Shown: one piece after another, positions 9,138 to 18,148 of the stretch
Layout of the letters: the number at the start of each line of letters is the position of its first letter
Numbering within the stretch: position 1 is the first letter of the stretch
Origin: Acaryochloridaceae cyanobacterium VAR_48_metabat_390
GTDB lineage: Bacteria > Cyanobacteriota > Cyanobacteriia > Thermosynechococcales > Thermosynechococcaceae
Length of the DNA stretch: 27,661 nucleotides
NCBI GenBank assembly: GCA_031422435.1
Contig: JANPLU010000109.1
Coordinates: 1 to 27,661 of the forward strand
Direction: 5' to 3'
Translations under genes and position numbers: made by a program
The notes under the pieces: generated by a model
The model's database searches: none
The model's input: only the letters and a program-made list of their open reading frames with translations
Told to the model about the DNA's origin: nothing

Positions 9138-9623
9138 TTAGTCCCTCAGAATCCACAGACCTGAGTGGGTCACACCGCTGTCATCCGGCTGAATCAGCAA
9201 AAAATGAATGCCCTTACTTTGCACTTTGCGAGCTTCAAAGGCTTGCCCTGCCACTCTCACGGCTTCATCTTGATAGGTTGCCAAAATCCATCGCGCCTGT
9301 TGAGCCGTGCTTAAAATAATGGCTCCCAATTCTAGGTTCACGGCAGTTATTTGCTCAAGCTGATTCCCAGAGAGCCATCGAGACAGCTTCATAGCCTGTC
9401 GTCCTGCATTGATCAAAATGCCAGGAATGAGGACTGCACCCTCAAGGGTTTGTTGACTCGGCAGCAAAACCGGAGACGCCATCTCTCGGATGGGAATCGG
9501 GCGTTCCCAAAGGCTAAATTCTAGGTCTTCAGCGGATAGGTTCACAAACTGCCAAAGGTCACCCCACAAATATTCTGGGAGCGGTTGAGGGGGAAGTAAG
9601 GGTTGTTGTGGCATCACCATCAT
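9138..9623 (-). CDS. Tab2/Atab2-like (DUF1092) protein, C-terminal half only
   Basis: PQPLPEYLWGDLWQF, IPGILI..GR, RWILATY.D, FEARK..SKGIHFLLIQPDDSG.T.SGLW; ATGA overlap with the upstream gene. Confidence 0.75.
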   Translation of the reverse strand: MMVMPQQPLLPPQPLPEYLWGDLWQFVNLSAEDLEFSLWERPIPIREMASPVLLPSQQTLEGAVLIPGILINAGRQAMKLSRWLSGNQLEQITAVNLELGAIILSTAQQARWILATYQDEAVRVAGQAFEARKVQSKGIHFLLIQPDDSGVTHSGLWILRD

Positions 9624-10414
9624 TTTGACTCTGACGCTGTTCGGGTTCGCTGTCGCTTTGCTTCATACAGCATGACCGCTGTGGCGATCGCCGCATTCAG
9701 TGACTCCACCCCAGCACTAGTCGGAATTGAAACCTTTACATCTGAAGCATCTAGAAGCGCTTCTGATAGCCCAGCACCTTCATTCCCCATAACAATCAAC
9801 GTGGGCTGGGTATAGTCAACAGACCAATATTCAAGCGCTGCTCGCGGTGCAGTTGCAACCACCTGAAATCCTTGAGATTGATAGTGCTGAACCTGATGGA
9901 GAATATTGCTACATTGAGCCGTCGCCACCCTAAACCAGGCTCCCGCTGAAGCGCGCAGAACCTTAGGGCTTTCTAGATCGGCTGAATCTTCACTCAGCAG
10001 CACCCCTTCAACGCCTACCGCTGCTGCAGTTCGCAACATTGTGCCTACATTTCCAGGATCCTGAAGGGTTTCTAGCACCAGCCCTAAGCTTTGGATCGAG
10101 ACAGACCGCTGCGGTGCCGACTGCGCCACGGCCACTACCCCGTCTGGATTCATGGTGGTGGCGATCGCCCCCAGCACCTCAGGACTTACCAACTCACACC
10201 GTAACACCCTACTTTGTAAGGCGCGTAATAGATCACCTTCTCTACTTTGCCAGCGCTCTGTATAGACCAGCGTCTCGAGAGGCCACTGCGCCAGAGCTGC
10301 CTCTTGTAGCAAATGCGTTCCCTCTAGCAAAAAACGGCCGCTGAGACGACGATATTTTGAATTGTGAAGCTTACGAATCTGCTTCACTAATGGGTTTTGA
10401 AGGCTGGTTAACAT
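9620..10414 (-). CDS. SpoU/TrmH-family RNA 2'-O-methyltransferase
   Basis: MLTSLQNPLVK, FLLEG, LQDPGNVGTMLRTA, KVLRASAG, MGNEGAGL, VESLNAAIA. Confidence 0.93.
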   Translation of the reverse strand: MLTSLQNPLVKQIRKLHNSKYRRLSGRFLLEGTHLLQEAALAQWPLETLVYTERWQSREGDLLRALQSRVLRCELVSPEVLGAIATTMNPDGVVAVAQSAPQRSVSIQSLGLVLETLQDPGNVGTMLRTAAAVGVEGVLLSEDSADLESPKVLRASAGAWFRVATAQCSNILHQVQHYQSQGFQVVATAPRAALEYWSVDYTQPTLIVMGNEGAGLSEALLDASDVKVSIPTSAGVESLNAAIATAVMLYEAKRQRTRTASESK

Positions 10415-10424
10415 AAAGCGTCAA

Positions 10425-10506
10425 TGCGGAACCCGGGACTTGAACCCGGAAGCCTTGCGGCACATGAACCTGAATCATGCGCGTCTACCAATTCCGCCAG
10501 TTCCGC
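10425..10506 (-). tRNA. trnL: tRNA-Leu(CAG)
   Basis: Reverse complement GCGGAACTGGCGGAATTGGTAGACGCG-CATGA TTCAGGT TCATG-TGCCGCAAGGCTT-CCGGGTTCAAGTCCCGG-GTTCCGCA; long variable arm; CCA not encoded. Confidence 0.97.
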
Positions 10507-10619
10507 GCGGACAAACAGCTTATCGCTGCGACTTACTATCATTCACTATAGAGGAGGAATTCGTCAACTCCCTCAGAACGGTTTCTCAAAATTTTATGCT
10601 GCCAGGAAATATGGTCAGA

Positions 10620-11039
10620 CTATGCTTCCAGCGGTGCGTCAAGGGCCGTTTGCTGAAGCTGACAAGGAGAACACAGCCCAAAAAACTCAAGGGTATGATA
10701 ATAAATTTCAAAATCAGCGGACTGGCTTAAATGTTTCTCCAACGCATGGACGGGGCACTCCGCTTGATTAATCGGCAGTGAAACGCCACACTGAAGGCAG
10801 GTGAGATGATGACGGTCAGCCTTAGCCTGACTGTAGAGCGTTTCCCCATTGCCCACAACGCGAGCCTGGATGGCTCCCACCAGTTTTAACGCCTCAAGCG
10901 CGCGATAGACCGTTGCCAGCCCTAGGGGCACATTAGCCTGACGTAGCTCAACGTAAAGCGCCTGAGCTGAGATTTCTTGATTTAACTGCTTAACGATTTG
11001 CAGCACTTTATCTTGACTTCGGGTTCGGCGCACTTTCAT
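10620..11039 (-). CDS. zur: Fur-family regulator, Zur/FurB type
   Basis: TRSQ..., ISAQ.LY, GLATVYRALEALK, HHLTCLQCG, CPVH, YHTLEFFGLC..C; closely follows cyanobacterial Zur (FurB). Confidence 0.85.
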   Translation of the reverse strand: MKVRRTRSQDKVLQIVKQLNQEISAQALYVELRQANVPLGLATVYRALEALKLVGAIQARVVGNGETLYSQAKADRHHLTCLQCGVSLPINQAECPVHALEKHLSQSADFEIYYHTLEFFGLCSPCQLQQTALDAPLEA

Positions 11040-11378
11040 GGAGCGGAATTATACTGCATCAACATCTTATCCAAGATTTAAGGTTGTCTAGCCTGAAATC
11101 CTTCAGCATTTGAGCAAAATCTAAGGCTATTCTGGATGAAGAGAGCTGGAGAGCTATTCTTAGTGGATGGGTGTCAGGTTGAGGTTGAACGTTAGGAATA
11201 CTGATAGCAGCAGCTAAACAGTTAGTCCGAGAACCTTACCTTGACCCACAGCGCAACCAGAGGAAGTGTCCGAAAATCATGTAAATTAGCTTTCATAACC
11301 GATATCGAAGCGATTACTATAGTAATTATTCCCTATTTCTCTTTAAAATACTTATAAGAAAAATCAGGATAGTACATC

Positions 11379-13334
11379 TTGAACTGGCTTAAAAATAGGC
11401 TTAAGGAATGGTTCTCAGAACCACAGCCCCTTGAACAGCCCAAGAGCGGCGCACTAGCAAAGCGTTATGGCGAGAATCTTCAAGATCCAAACGCCCTGAT
11501 TCATCGTGCCAATAAACGAGCAACAGGAGGAGACGTTGAGGGAGCCTTTGCAGATTTTAAAGAGGCTATTCATCTCAGCCCCACGCGCGCAACGGCTTAC
11601 TATAATCGCGGGTTTTTACACAACACTTTGGGCAACTTTGAGGCGGCCATCGAAGATTTCAACCGCGCTCTTGAGCTTCTGCCTGATTATGATGAGGCAT
11701 TTTACCAACGCGGTAATAGCCATTTACAGCTCAAAGATCACTCTAATGCCGTTCAAGATTTTAGCCGCGCCATTGCCCAAAATCCTTACTCTATCAAGGC
11801 GTACTATAAACGAGCCGAAGCCTATGCTGAGATGGGCGATACCGCAGGCACCTTAGCAGACTATGCCCAAGCCATAACGCGAGTGCCTAAAGATGCAAAT
11901 GCCTACTTTCAGCGGGGGCGCTTCTTATCAAAAATAGGTGAGCTGCAAACCGCCATCGGAGACTTTACCACGGCGCTTAGCTATAACCCTCGTCACGCAG
12001 ATGCCTATTGCAGCCGTGGCTGCTGCTATGCGGAGCTAGGTGATATTGAAAAAGCGAATTTAGACTTTAATCAGGCGCTGTTACATAACCCATCCCATCA
12101 GGCTGCCTACTATCAGCGCATGTACAGCTTGGGGATCTTGAAGGATACAGCAGCCAATCTTCAGGGACTGCATCGCGTTTTTGCCCCGACGCCTCAAGAC
12201 ACCAGTGCCAGTCAGTCTCCTGTCGTAATCTCTGCCGAGATTATAGAACCGTCTTCTCCATCCCTATCGGACGTAGCGGAGTCACCGGAGCATCTGCACC
12301 CAACGACGGTCAAGCTAGAACCTGAGAGCATTGGGGGCTATTTTGAGCGCGCTACAAAACGCGCTATAAATGGGGATCTCGATGGGGCGATCGCCGACTA
12401 TACCCAAATCATTGACGCTGATCCCCACAATACTCAGGCCTACTACCGTCGCGGTCAAAACTATAGCGCTATTGGCGAAGACGAAGCGGCGCTTGCCGAC
12501 CTCAATCAGGCGATTCACTGGGCGCGGGTGCATTCTTTAGGGCAGCTTAAAGACTTTAGCGGCGCACTCTCAGAAACCATTCAAACCCTCAAGACGGAGC
12601 TAAAAAAGCCCAAACCTTCCGACACATCACGTTCAGCGTCTGGCATGACCATTGAAGGGGCGATCGCCGACTATACGCGCACCATCGAAGTTAACCCAAC
12701 GGCAGATGCCTACTTTAAGCGCGCTCAGAGTCGGGCGCTGATGGGCGACCTTCAAGGGGCGATCGCCGACTACTCTGAAACCATTCGCCTCAATCCCGAT
12801 CATCCCGACGCCTACTATCGCAGAGGGCTGCATCGCTCTGCCTTAGGTGATACTGATGGTGCCACCCAAGATCTCAACCAGACCATTTTGCGCAAACCCA
12901 TACAGTCAGAGGATGGACCCGTTTCTGGGTCTATTGGTCAGTCGAACCTTAGTGGCAAAGCACAGGCTCAAACACAAACTGATGCATCTGCGGTCAATCT
13001 CAACCCCAGTCGTTACTGTGACCATGTGGGCAATCGACCTGGCAACCGCTTTTGTATTCACTGCGGAGAAGCGCTAGAGCCGACGGAGGCATCTCCCCAG
13101 CGACCTTTCACCCCGAAAGACTCTATTTCTCGCACAGCACCTGCGGGGGTAGAACCCAAGCTGTCTGAAGCAGATCGCCTCCTTCAGCGCGGACGCTCTC
13201 GCTGTGCTAGCGGCAATTTAACAGAGGGACTTGAAGATTTAGGCAATGCGCTAACGCTGTTTTTAGGGCAGCAAAATATGGGGCGTTACCAGGAAACGCT
13301 CAAAATTATTCAGCAGTTTTCGCAAAATCTTTAG
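11379..13334 (+). CDS. Large tetratricopeptide-repeat protein with a zinc-ribbon-like motif near the C-terminus
   Basis: Many AYYxRG...GDxxGAIADYxxAI repeats in three blocks; CDH...RFCIHCG motif; the TTG start is uncertain. Confidence 0.85.
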   Translation: MNWLKNRLKEWFSEPQPLEQPKSGALAKRYGENLQDPNALIHRANKRATGGDVEGAFADFKEAIHLSPTRATAYYNRGFLHNTLGNFEAAIEDFNRALELLPDYDEAFYQRGNSHLQLKDHSNAVQDFSRAIAQNPYSIKAYYKRAEAYAEMGDTAGTLADYAQAITRVPKDANAYFQRGRFLSKIGELQTAIGDFTTALSYNPRHADAYCSRGCCYAELGDIEKANLDFNQALLHNPSHQAAYYQRMYSLGILKDTAANLQGLHRVFAPTPQDTSASQSPVVISAEIIEPSSPSLSDVAESPEHLHPTTVKLEPESIGGYFERATKRAINGDLDGAIADYTQIIDADPHNTQAYYRRGQNYSAIGEDEAALADLNQAIHWARVHSLGQLKDFSGALSETIQTLKTELKKPKPSDTSRSASGMTIEGAIADYTRTIEVNPTADAYFKRAQSRALMGDLQGAIADYSETIRLNPDHPDAYYRRGLHRSALGDTDGATQDLNQTILRKPIQSEDGPVSGSIGQSNLSGKAQAQTQTDASAVNLNPSRYCDHVGNRPGNRFCIHCGEALEPTEASPQRPFTPKDSISRTAPAGVEPKLSEADRLLQRGRSRCASGNLTEGLEDLGNALTLFLGQQNMGRYQETLKIIQQFSQNL

Positions 13335-13392
13335 CTTGAGCTAGCCCATACTTTTGCATCCTGTGGAACCCCTTTACCCATAGAGTGGATTC

Positions 13393-14601
13393 ATGGTGAA
13401 CATTAGATTAGTCCTTTTGAAATCCACAATGTTTGGCTTAAGTGTCGTTGGTTTTTTCTTAAGTTTGTGGATTATTCTTCCTGCACCCACGATGCTGCTG
13501 CTGCCTCTTAGCGTTGGGGCACCGGAGGTTAGCCCGTGGCTGCTAATCGGAAATGCCCTCTTTTTTGTGCTGGCGTTGAGGGGTGCGCGACGAGATCGGC
13601 TTCTACGGGCTGCGTTGGGTTTGAGTACGGCAGGATTATTGCTGAGTTTTATCCCCTTAAGTCAGTTTTCCACCGTCGCACAGCGGATAGATGCTGTGAT
13701 GAATCAAGCATTTGGCTCCACGTATCTAACAGAACTGCCCAACGCTACACTGGCTCAAATGCGGGTTAGCCCCTTCTCTTTTATAGATGCCCTCCAAGGC
13801 ATTCCAAGCAAAGCCGCTATCCGCTATATCCCTAATATTCCCTTTGCCCAACCCGATGGTGTTAGCCTCAAGCTTGATGTGTATCAACCACCACAGGTCA
13901 ATGGCTCCTACCCTGCCATTGTCATGATCTATGGTGGGGCATGGCGGAGCGGTAGCCCGACTCAAAATGCAGAATTTAGTCGCTACATGGCAGGTCAGGG
14001 CTACGTGGTGTGGGCGATCGCCTATCGACTTGCGCCCCGCTACCAGTTCCCTGCCCAAATTGAAGACGTGCAGTCTGCCCTAGCGTTTATTCGACAACAT
14101 GCCGCCGAGTATGAAACTAACCCCAATCGCCTCGCCCTCATGGGACGCTCTGCTGGCGCCCACCTTGCAATGCTGGCAGCCTTCTCACCCAACGCGCCTG
14201 TCCGCGCATTAGTTGACTACTATGGCCCCGTTGACCTAGCTGCTGGCTATAGAGATGTCCCCTTCCCTGACCCGATTGATTCCCATAAAGTGCTTAGATC
14301 CTTCCTGGGCAGCACCCCCGATGAGCAACCTGAACTCTATGAGAAGGCTTCTCCTATCTCTTACGTCACGTCTACAAGTCATCCACTCCCCCCTTCTTTG
14401 CTGGTGTATGGCGGACGGGATCATATTGTGCAGGCAAAGTATGGGCAAATGCTAGCGCAGCAACTTAATCAGGTGGGTACCCAAGCTGCTTTTCTCGAAA
14501 TTCCCTGGGCAGATCACGCCTTTGATGCTGTGTTTAGTGGCGTAAGTAACCAGCTAGCGCTCTACCATACAGAACGTTTTTTGGCTTGGGCGCTAAAGTA
14601 G
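13393..14601 (+). CDS. Membrane-anchored alpha/beta hydrolase (esterase/lipase)
   Basis: N-terminal hydrophobic helices; IYGGAW oxyanion motif, GRSAG nucleophile elbow, G.RDHIV Asp, WADHAFD His. Confidence 0.9.
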   Translation: MVNIRLVLLKSTMFGLSVVGFFLSLWIILPAPTMLLLPLSVGAPEVSPWLLIGNALFFVLALRGARRDRLLRAALGLSTAGLLLSFIPLSQFSTVAQRIDAVMNQAFGSTYLTELPNATLAQMRVSPFSFIDALQGIPSKAAIRYIPNIPFAQPDGVSLKLDVYQPPQVNGSYPAIVMIYGGAWRSGSPTQNAEFSRYMAGQGYVVWAIAYRLAPRYQFPAQIEDVQSALAFIRQHAAEYETNPNRLALMGRSAGAHLAMLAAFSPNAPVRALVDYYGPVDLAAGYRDVPFPDPIDSHKVLRSFLGSTPDEQPELYEKASPISYVTSTSHPLPPSLLVYGGRDHIVQAKYGQMLAQQLNQVGTQAAFLEIPWADHAFDAVFSGVSNQLALYHTERFLAWALK

Positions 14602-14615
14602 ATGCGCTTTAACCT

Positions 14616-15353
14616 TTACACACTGAGCTGGGTAACAGCAATGCGGCCTCCCAAGCACACGTCAACATCACTTCCTGGTTCGCGATCACGCTGGCTGTAG
14701 TTACCCTCATAGTGGAGCAGATCGCCTTCAGCCCTGAAGGAAACCGGAAGCGGACGCTGAGACGGCAGGCAAAATACGATCTCAGGCTCTACAGAACCCA
14801 CATCACTCGTCTCAAGATGCGGGAAATTTACGTTCCAAAAGCACCCTGGCTTGAGGAAACGCGGCAGTAACGTTTCTAAAACGCGTTGAGTGTAGTCGCT
14901 GACTTGATGCCAGTTAATGGGGCGATCACCCTTGCGATACTGCGAAAAAGCAATGCCAGGGATGCCGTGAAGTGCCGCCTCTCGTACCGCCGCAACCGTA
15001 CCAGAAATATAGCAGTCTGCCCCCAAATTGGCACCTGCATTAACCCCAGACAAAACCAAAGAAATAGATGAGTCTAAATGAAAGCGCGCAGCCCTTACGC
15101 AATCAACGGGCGTACCGCCAATCCCAAAGACAGCTTTGAGATTTATCGTGGGTTTATCTGCAAGCTGCTTTAACAAAATATCGGCTCTTTGCTCAACCTC
15201 GATAGGGGCACCCGTTGTAACCTGATGCCCACAGCCTGAGTGCTGAATCTGAGGTGCCGCAACTAGAGCAGATTGATCTGGAGGCAGCGAGCGCGCTAGA
15301 GCGGCTAGCCCTGGAGCCGCCACCCCATCATCATTGGTTAGTAGCCAGGTCAT
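14616..15353 (-). CDS. surE: 5'/3'-nucleotidase SurE
   Basis: LLTNDDGVAAPGL, SGCGH, GTPVDCV, SGVNAGANLG, ISGTVAA, NVNFP. Confidence 0.93.
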   Translation of the reverse strand: MTWLLTNDDGVAAPGLAALARSLPPDQSALVAAPQIQHSGCGHQVTTGAPIEVEQRADILLKQLADKPTINLKAVFGIGGTPVDCVRAARFHLDSSISLVLSGVNAGANLGADCYISGTVAAVREAALHGIPGIAFSQYRKGDRPINWHQVSDYTQRVLETLLPRFLKPGCFWNVNFPHLETSDVGSVEPEIVFCLPSQRPLPVSFRAEGDLLHYEGNYSQRDREPGSDVDVCLGGRIAVTQLSV

Positions 15354-15400
15354 GCCATCACTAACGGGGTAAAGAACTTAGCACATGGCGGTTTGCTTTA

Positions 15401-15973
15401 TTAGCTTCTGGAAATAGAGAGAACCCAGGTGCCAATGTATCGCTTCAAGGGCAGATCGCCAGGAGAAGTAATGCTGGCATTGAAATAATACATGCCGCCA
15501 GACTGAGGATTTCGCACGTCTGACAACACAATTTCAAACGCTTTTCCAGCAGGAATGGGGGTTTCAGGCACAATCTCAATAAAGCGATTGTCTTTATCAA
15601 CCTTTACCGAACTAACCGCAATCTTAGGAACTCTTCCAAAGCCAAGGAACTTACTTTTAGGCGCTTCTTGCAGCGTAATGGCTTTCTCGTTAAACTCGCC
15701 ATCAAAGTAGGCCGGGTACGCAATGGTAATGCCGTCAATCGCCAGCTTCTGACGACCCATCTTGAGTCGGTAGCGATCCTGCATGTGCCCAGGGGTGCCG
15801 TATTCCAGCACATAGCCGAGCTGCTGTTTCCCTGATGGGCCATTTCCGCCCCATGAAAAGGTAAGACCAGGATTCGTCTGGGCAGACGTAATCACAGGAA
15901 TGCCTGTTAGCAATAGACCCGCAACGCATAACGTGGAACTTAAACGGCGGACGGAAGGCTTTTGGAAAGACAT
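15401..15973 (-). CDS. Secreted DUF2808-family protein
   Basis: Signal peptide; DRYRL, I.YP.YFDG.F, VRNP..GGMYYFN, PGDLPL.RYIGTW.LSI. Confidence 0.8.
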   Translation of the reverse strand: MSFQKPSVRRLSSTLCVAGLLLTGIPVITSAQTNPGLTFSWGGNGPSGKQQLGYVLEYGTPGHMQDRYRLKMGRQKLAIDGITIAYPAYFDGEFNEKAITLQEAPKSKFLGFGRVPKIAVSSVKVDKDNRFIEIVPETPIPAGKAFEIVLSDVRNPQSGGMYYFNASITSPGDLPLKRYIGTWVLSISRS

Positions 15974-16190
15974 AAGCTTGACTTTATGAAGTTCTATGGA
16001 GACAGTGTATCTCGCTGTTGAGCGTAACAGCCTTCCCTACAGGTTTTGGCAATTGGTGTGCCAGTTGTAAAGAATGCCTATTTATCTAAGCAGCGTGGGT
16101 GTAGCGGAGCGAAAGTTTACTTATTCAACAAGACGCTCCAGCAGCTTAATTTGTGCCCCAATTACGCCCTGATTTTGCCCTAACGCTAAG

Positions 16191-17372
16191 CTAGGCCATC
16201 GCTGCAAACCTAATTTTGAGGTAGTCGTTTTCCATTTTTGCGCCAGCGGGCTGCATGGCGGCTAAAGCCTGGGGCAAGACTAGATTTCGACGGTGGTTGC
16301 CAATCCTAATATTAAGCTCATCGGCAGACTTGCTTAACTCCACTTGGTCTTTGGGGATTCCAGGCAGATAAATCTCAAGGCTATATTCTTTGTCGTGCTG
16401 CACCACGCGCAGGGTGTTTTCTTTGTAGTAAACCTGAGCCGGATCTTCCCCCTCATACAGAATGTCTTTCAGGCGCTCTAGGGCTGCCAGTCCGCACATT
16501 TCTTCTTGAAACAGTGGCACTTCTTTGATGGGCAGGGGGTGAAAGTTTTCGTGAATCTCTTTGCGGTAGGTGGCCTGATTGGCCTTCCAGCCCACAAAAA
16601 ATGGGTCGGTCACATGGTCGGGGATAATGCGGTTGGCAACCACCATGTCTGTAGAAACGTTGTATAGGCTCAAATAGGCATGGGCACGCAGCGATTCTTT
16701 GATGACCATTTTTTCGGGGTTCATCACCAGGCGCACTGAGGTCTGAGTATTATCCGTCAAGACTTTTTCTAACGCCTCGATCTGCTCATAAAACTCATAG
16801 GGTGCATCCATCACCTCTTTGTCAGGCAGCGAAAATCCGGCAATTGGCCTAAATAGCGGCTCCACTAAGGGGCGCAGCGCCACGGACATTTTTTGAAAGG
16901 GCTTGTAGAAGCGGCGCATGTACCAACCGCCCACTTCTGGCAGGCTTAATAGCCTAAGGGCGGTACCCGTGGGGGCAGAATCAATAATGAGAACGTCATA
17001 CTGACCTTCGTCATAGTGGCGCTTCATACGCACAAGGCCAAAAATCTCATCCATCCCAGGCAAAATGGCGAGTTCTTCGGCCTGGATGCCGTCTAAGCCC
17101 CGTGCCTGTAAAACCTGCGTAATATAGCGCTTGACAGCGCCCCAATTGCTTTCTAGCTCCATGAGCGCGTCTAGCTCTGCACCCCAGAGATTGGGCTTAA
17201 TCTGTACGGCTTCATGCCCTAAGGGAAGGTCAAAGCTATCGGCGAGGGAGTGGGCTGGGTCGGTACTCAACACCAGGGTTTTGTAACCGAGTTCAGCACA
17301 TCGCAAGCCTGTGGCAGCCGCAACGGAGGTTTTACCGACGCCGCCTTTGCCAGTCATTAAAATTACGCGCAT
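16191..17372 (-). CDS. Get3/ArsA-family ATPase with C-terminal alpha-crystallin-like domain (Get3d type)
   Basis: [34 protein letters not shown]-terminal [16 protein letters not shown] domain. Confidence 0.92.
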   Translation of the reverse strand: MRVILMTGKGGVGKTSVAAATGLRCAELGYKTLVLSTDPAHSLADSFDLPLGHEAVQIKPNLWGAELDALMELESNWGAVKRYITQVLQARGLDGIQAEELAILPGMDEIFGLVRMKRHYDEGQYDVLIIDSAPTGTALRLLSLPEVGGWYMRRFYKPFQKMSVALRPLVEPLFRPIAGFSLPDKEVMDAPYEFYEQIEALEKVLTDNTQTSVRLVMNPEKMVIKESLRAHAYLSLYNVSTDMVVANRIIPDHVTDPFFVGWKANQATYRKEIHENFHPLPIKEVPLFQEEMCGLAALERLKDILYEGEDPAQVYYKENTLRVVQHDKEYSLEIYLPGIPKDQVELSKSADELNIRIGNHRRNLVLPQALAAMQPAGAKMENDYLKIRFAAMA

Positions 17373-17555
17373 TCTGGATCTCTATATCAGCAGTTTGGAT
17401 GCAGGCAGCAGGTCGTGGCTCTATGATGGTGGGCAATGGTTGCACACCCCTGGTTCACTCTGCTACAAAAAGTCTAACGCAGATACGATAAGGGGTTTCA
17501 AAGACCGTTTATTTCAAAGGCCGTTGGATTTAAAGCCTCAGCAAACAAATCGCCA

Positions 17556-17885
17556 ATGCAAAACACTCGGCTAAACGGAATCTTCAGTGCGCTGGGACAG
17601 CAGCTTCAGACCCAGCTCCAAAACCCTTGGCGACGGTTGGCAACGTTGGCTATTGCGCTATTGTTTGGCGTATTTTTAGGGGTTGCCATTTCTGCGACAG
17701 CGGGCGCTAGATCTTATCTAGATGTGACAGTAGCGGGAATTGTGGTGCTGTTGACGGAGTTGATGAGCTGGCTGTTTTATAGCCGAAAGGGGCTTCAACA
17801 GTCTTTATGGGGGGAAGCGCTTAATGCCCTCAAACTGGGCGTTATTTATGGGCTGTTTCTGATTGCGTTTATGCTGGGCAGCTAA
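17556..17885 (+). CDS. ycf20: Ycf20/DUF565 membrane protein
   Basis: MQNTRL, NPWRR, LNALKLGVIYGLFL.AF.LGS. Confidence 0.88.
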   Translation: MQNTRLNGIFSALGQQLQTQLQNPWRRLATLAIALLFGVFLGVAISATAGARSYLDVTVAGIVVLLTELMSWLFYSRKGLQQSLWGEALNALKLGVIYGLFLIAFMLGS

Positions 17886-17940
17886 TTTCTAAAAAAGATT
17901 CCCACTTTTAGAATAAGTGCGCTATCTTAGTAAAGAGCGA

Positions 17941-18017
<77 letters not shown>

Positions 18018-18021
18018 ATAG

Positions 18022-18053
18022 AAACCGCACCTAAATTAACAGGTGCGGTTTTT
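18022..18053 (+). terminator. Intrinsic terminator after tRNA-fMet
   Basis: AAACCGCACCT-8 nt-AGGTGCGGTTT followed by further T residues. Confidence 0.85.
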
Positions 18054-18148
18054 CGCGTTTTGGCTATCCATGAAGGGGTATTACAACCTTGGTCAGGTTG
18101 CTGTTCTTTCAGGCACAATGTCTTCAGTTCTATGCGATTTAATCCGCT

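Noticed and set aside
10424..10771. + strand ORFs of 115 and 96 aa
   Set aside because: They are antisense to tRNA-Leu and zur, so treated as shadow ORFs.
12384..12775. Three copies of GGGGCGATCGCCGACTA
   Set aside because: Explained by TPR repeats encoding GAIADY plus HIP1 bias; irregular spacing, not CRISPR.
16191..17372. Arsenic resistance locus
   Set aside because: Single ATPase domain with an alpha-crystallin-like tail and no arsB, arsC or arsR nearby; fits the Get3-like clade.
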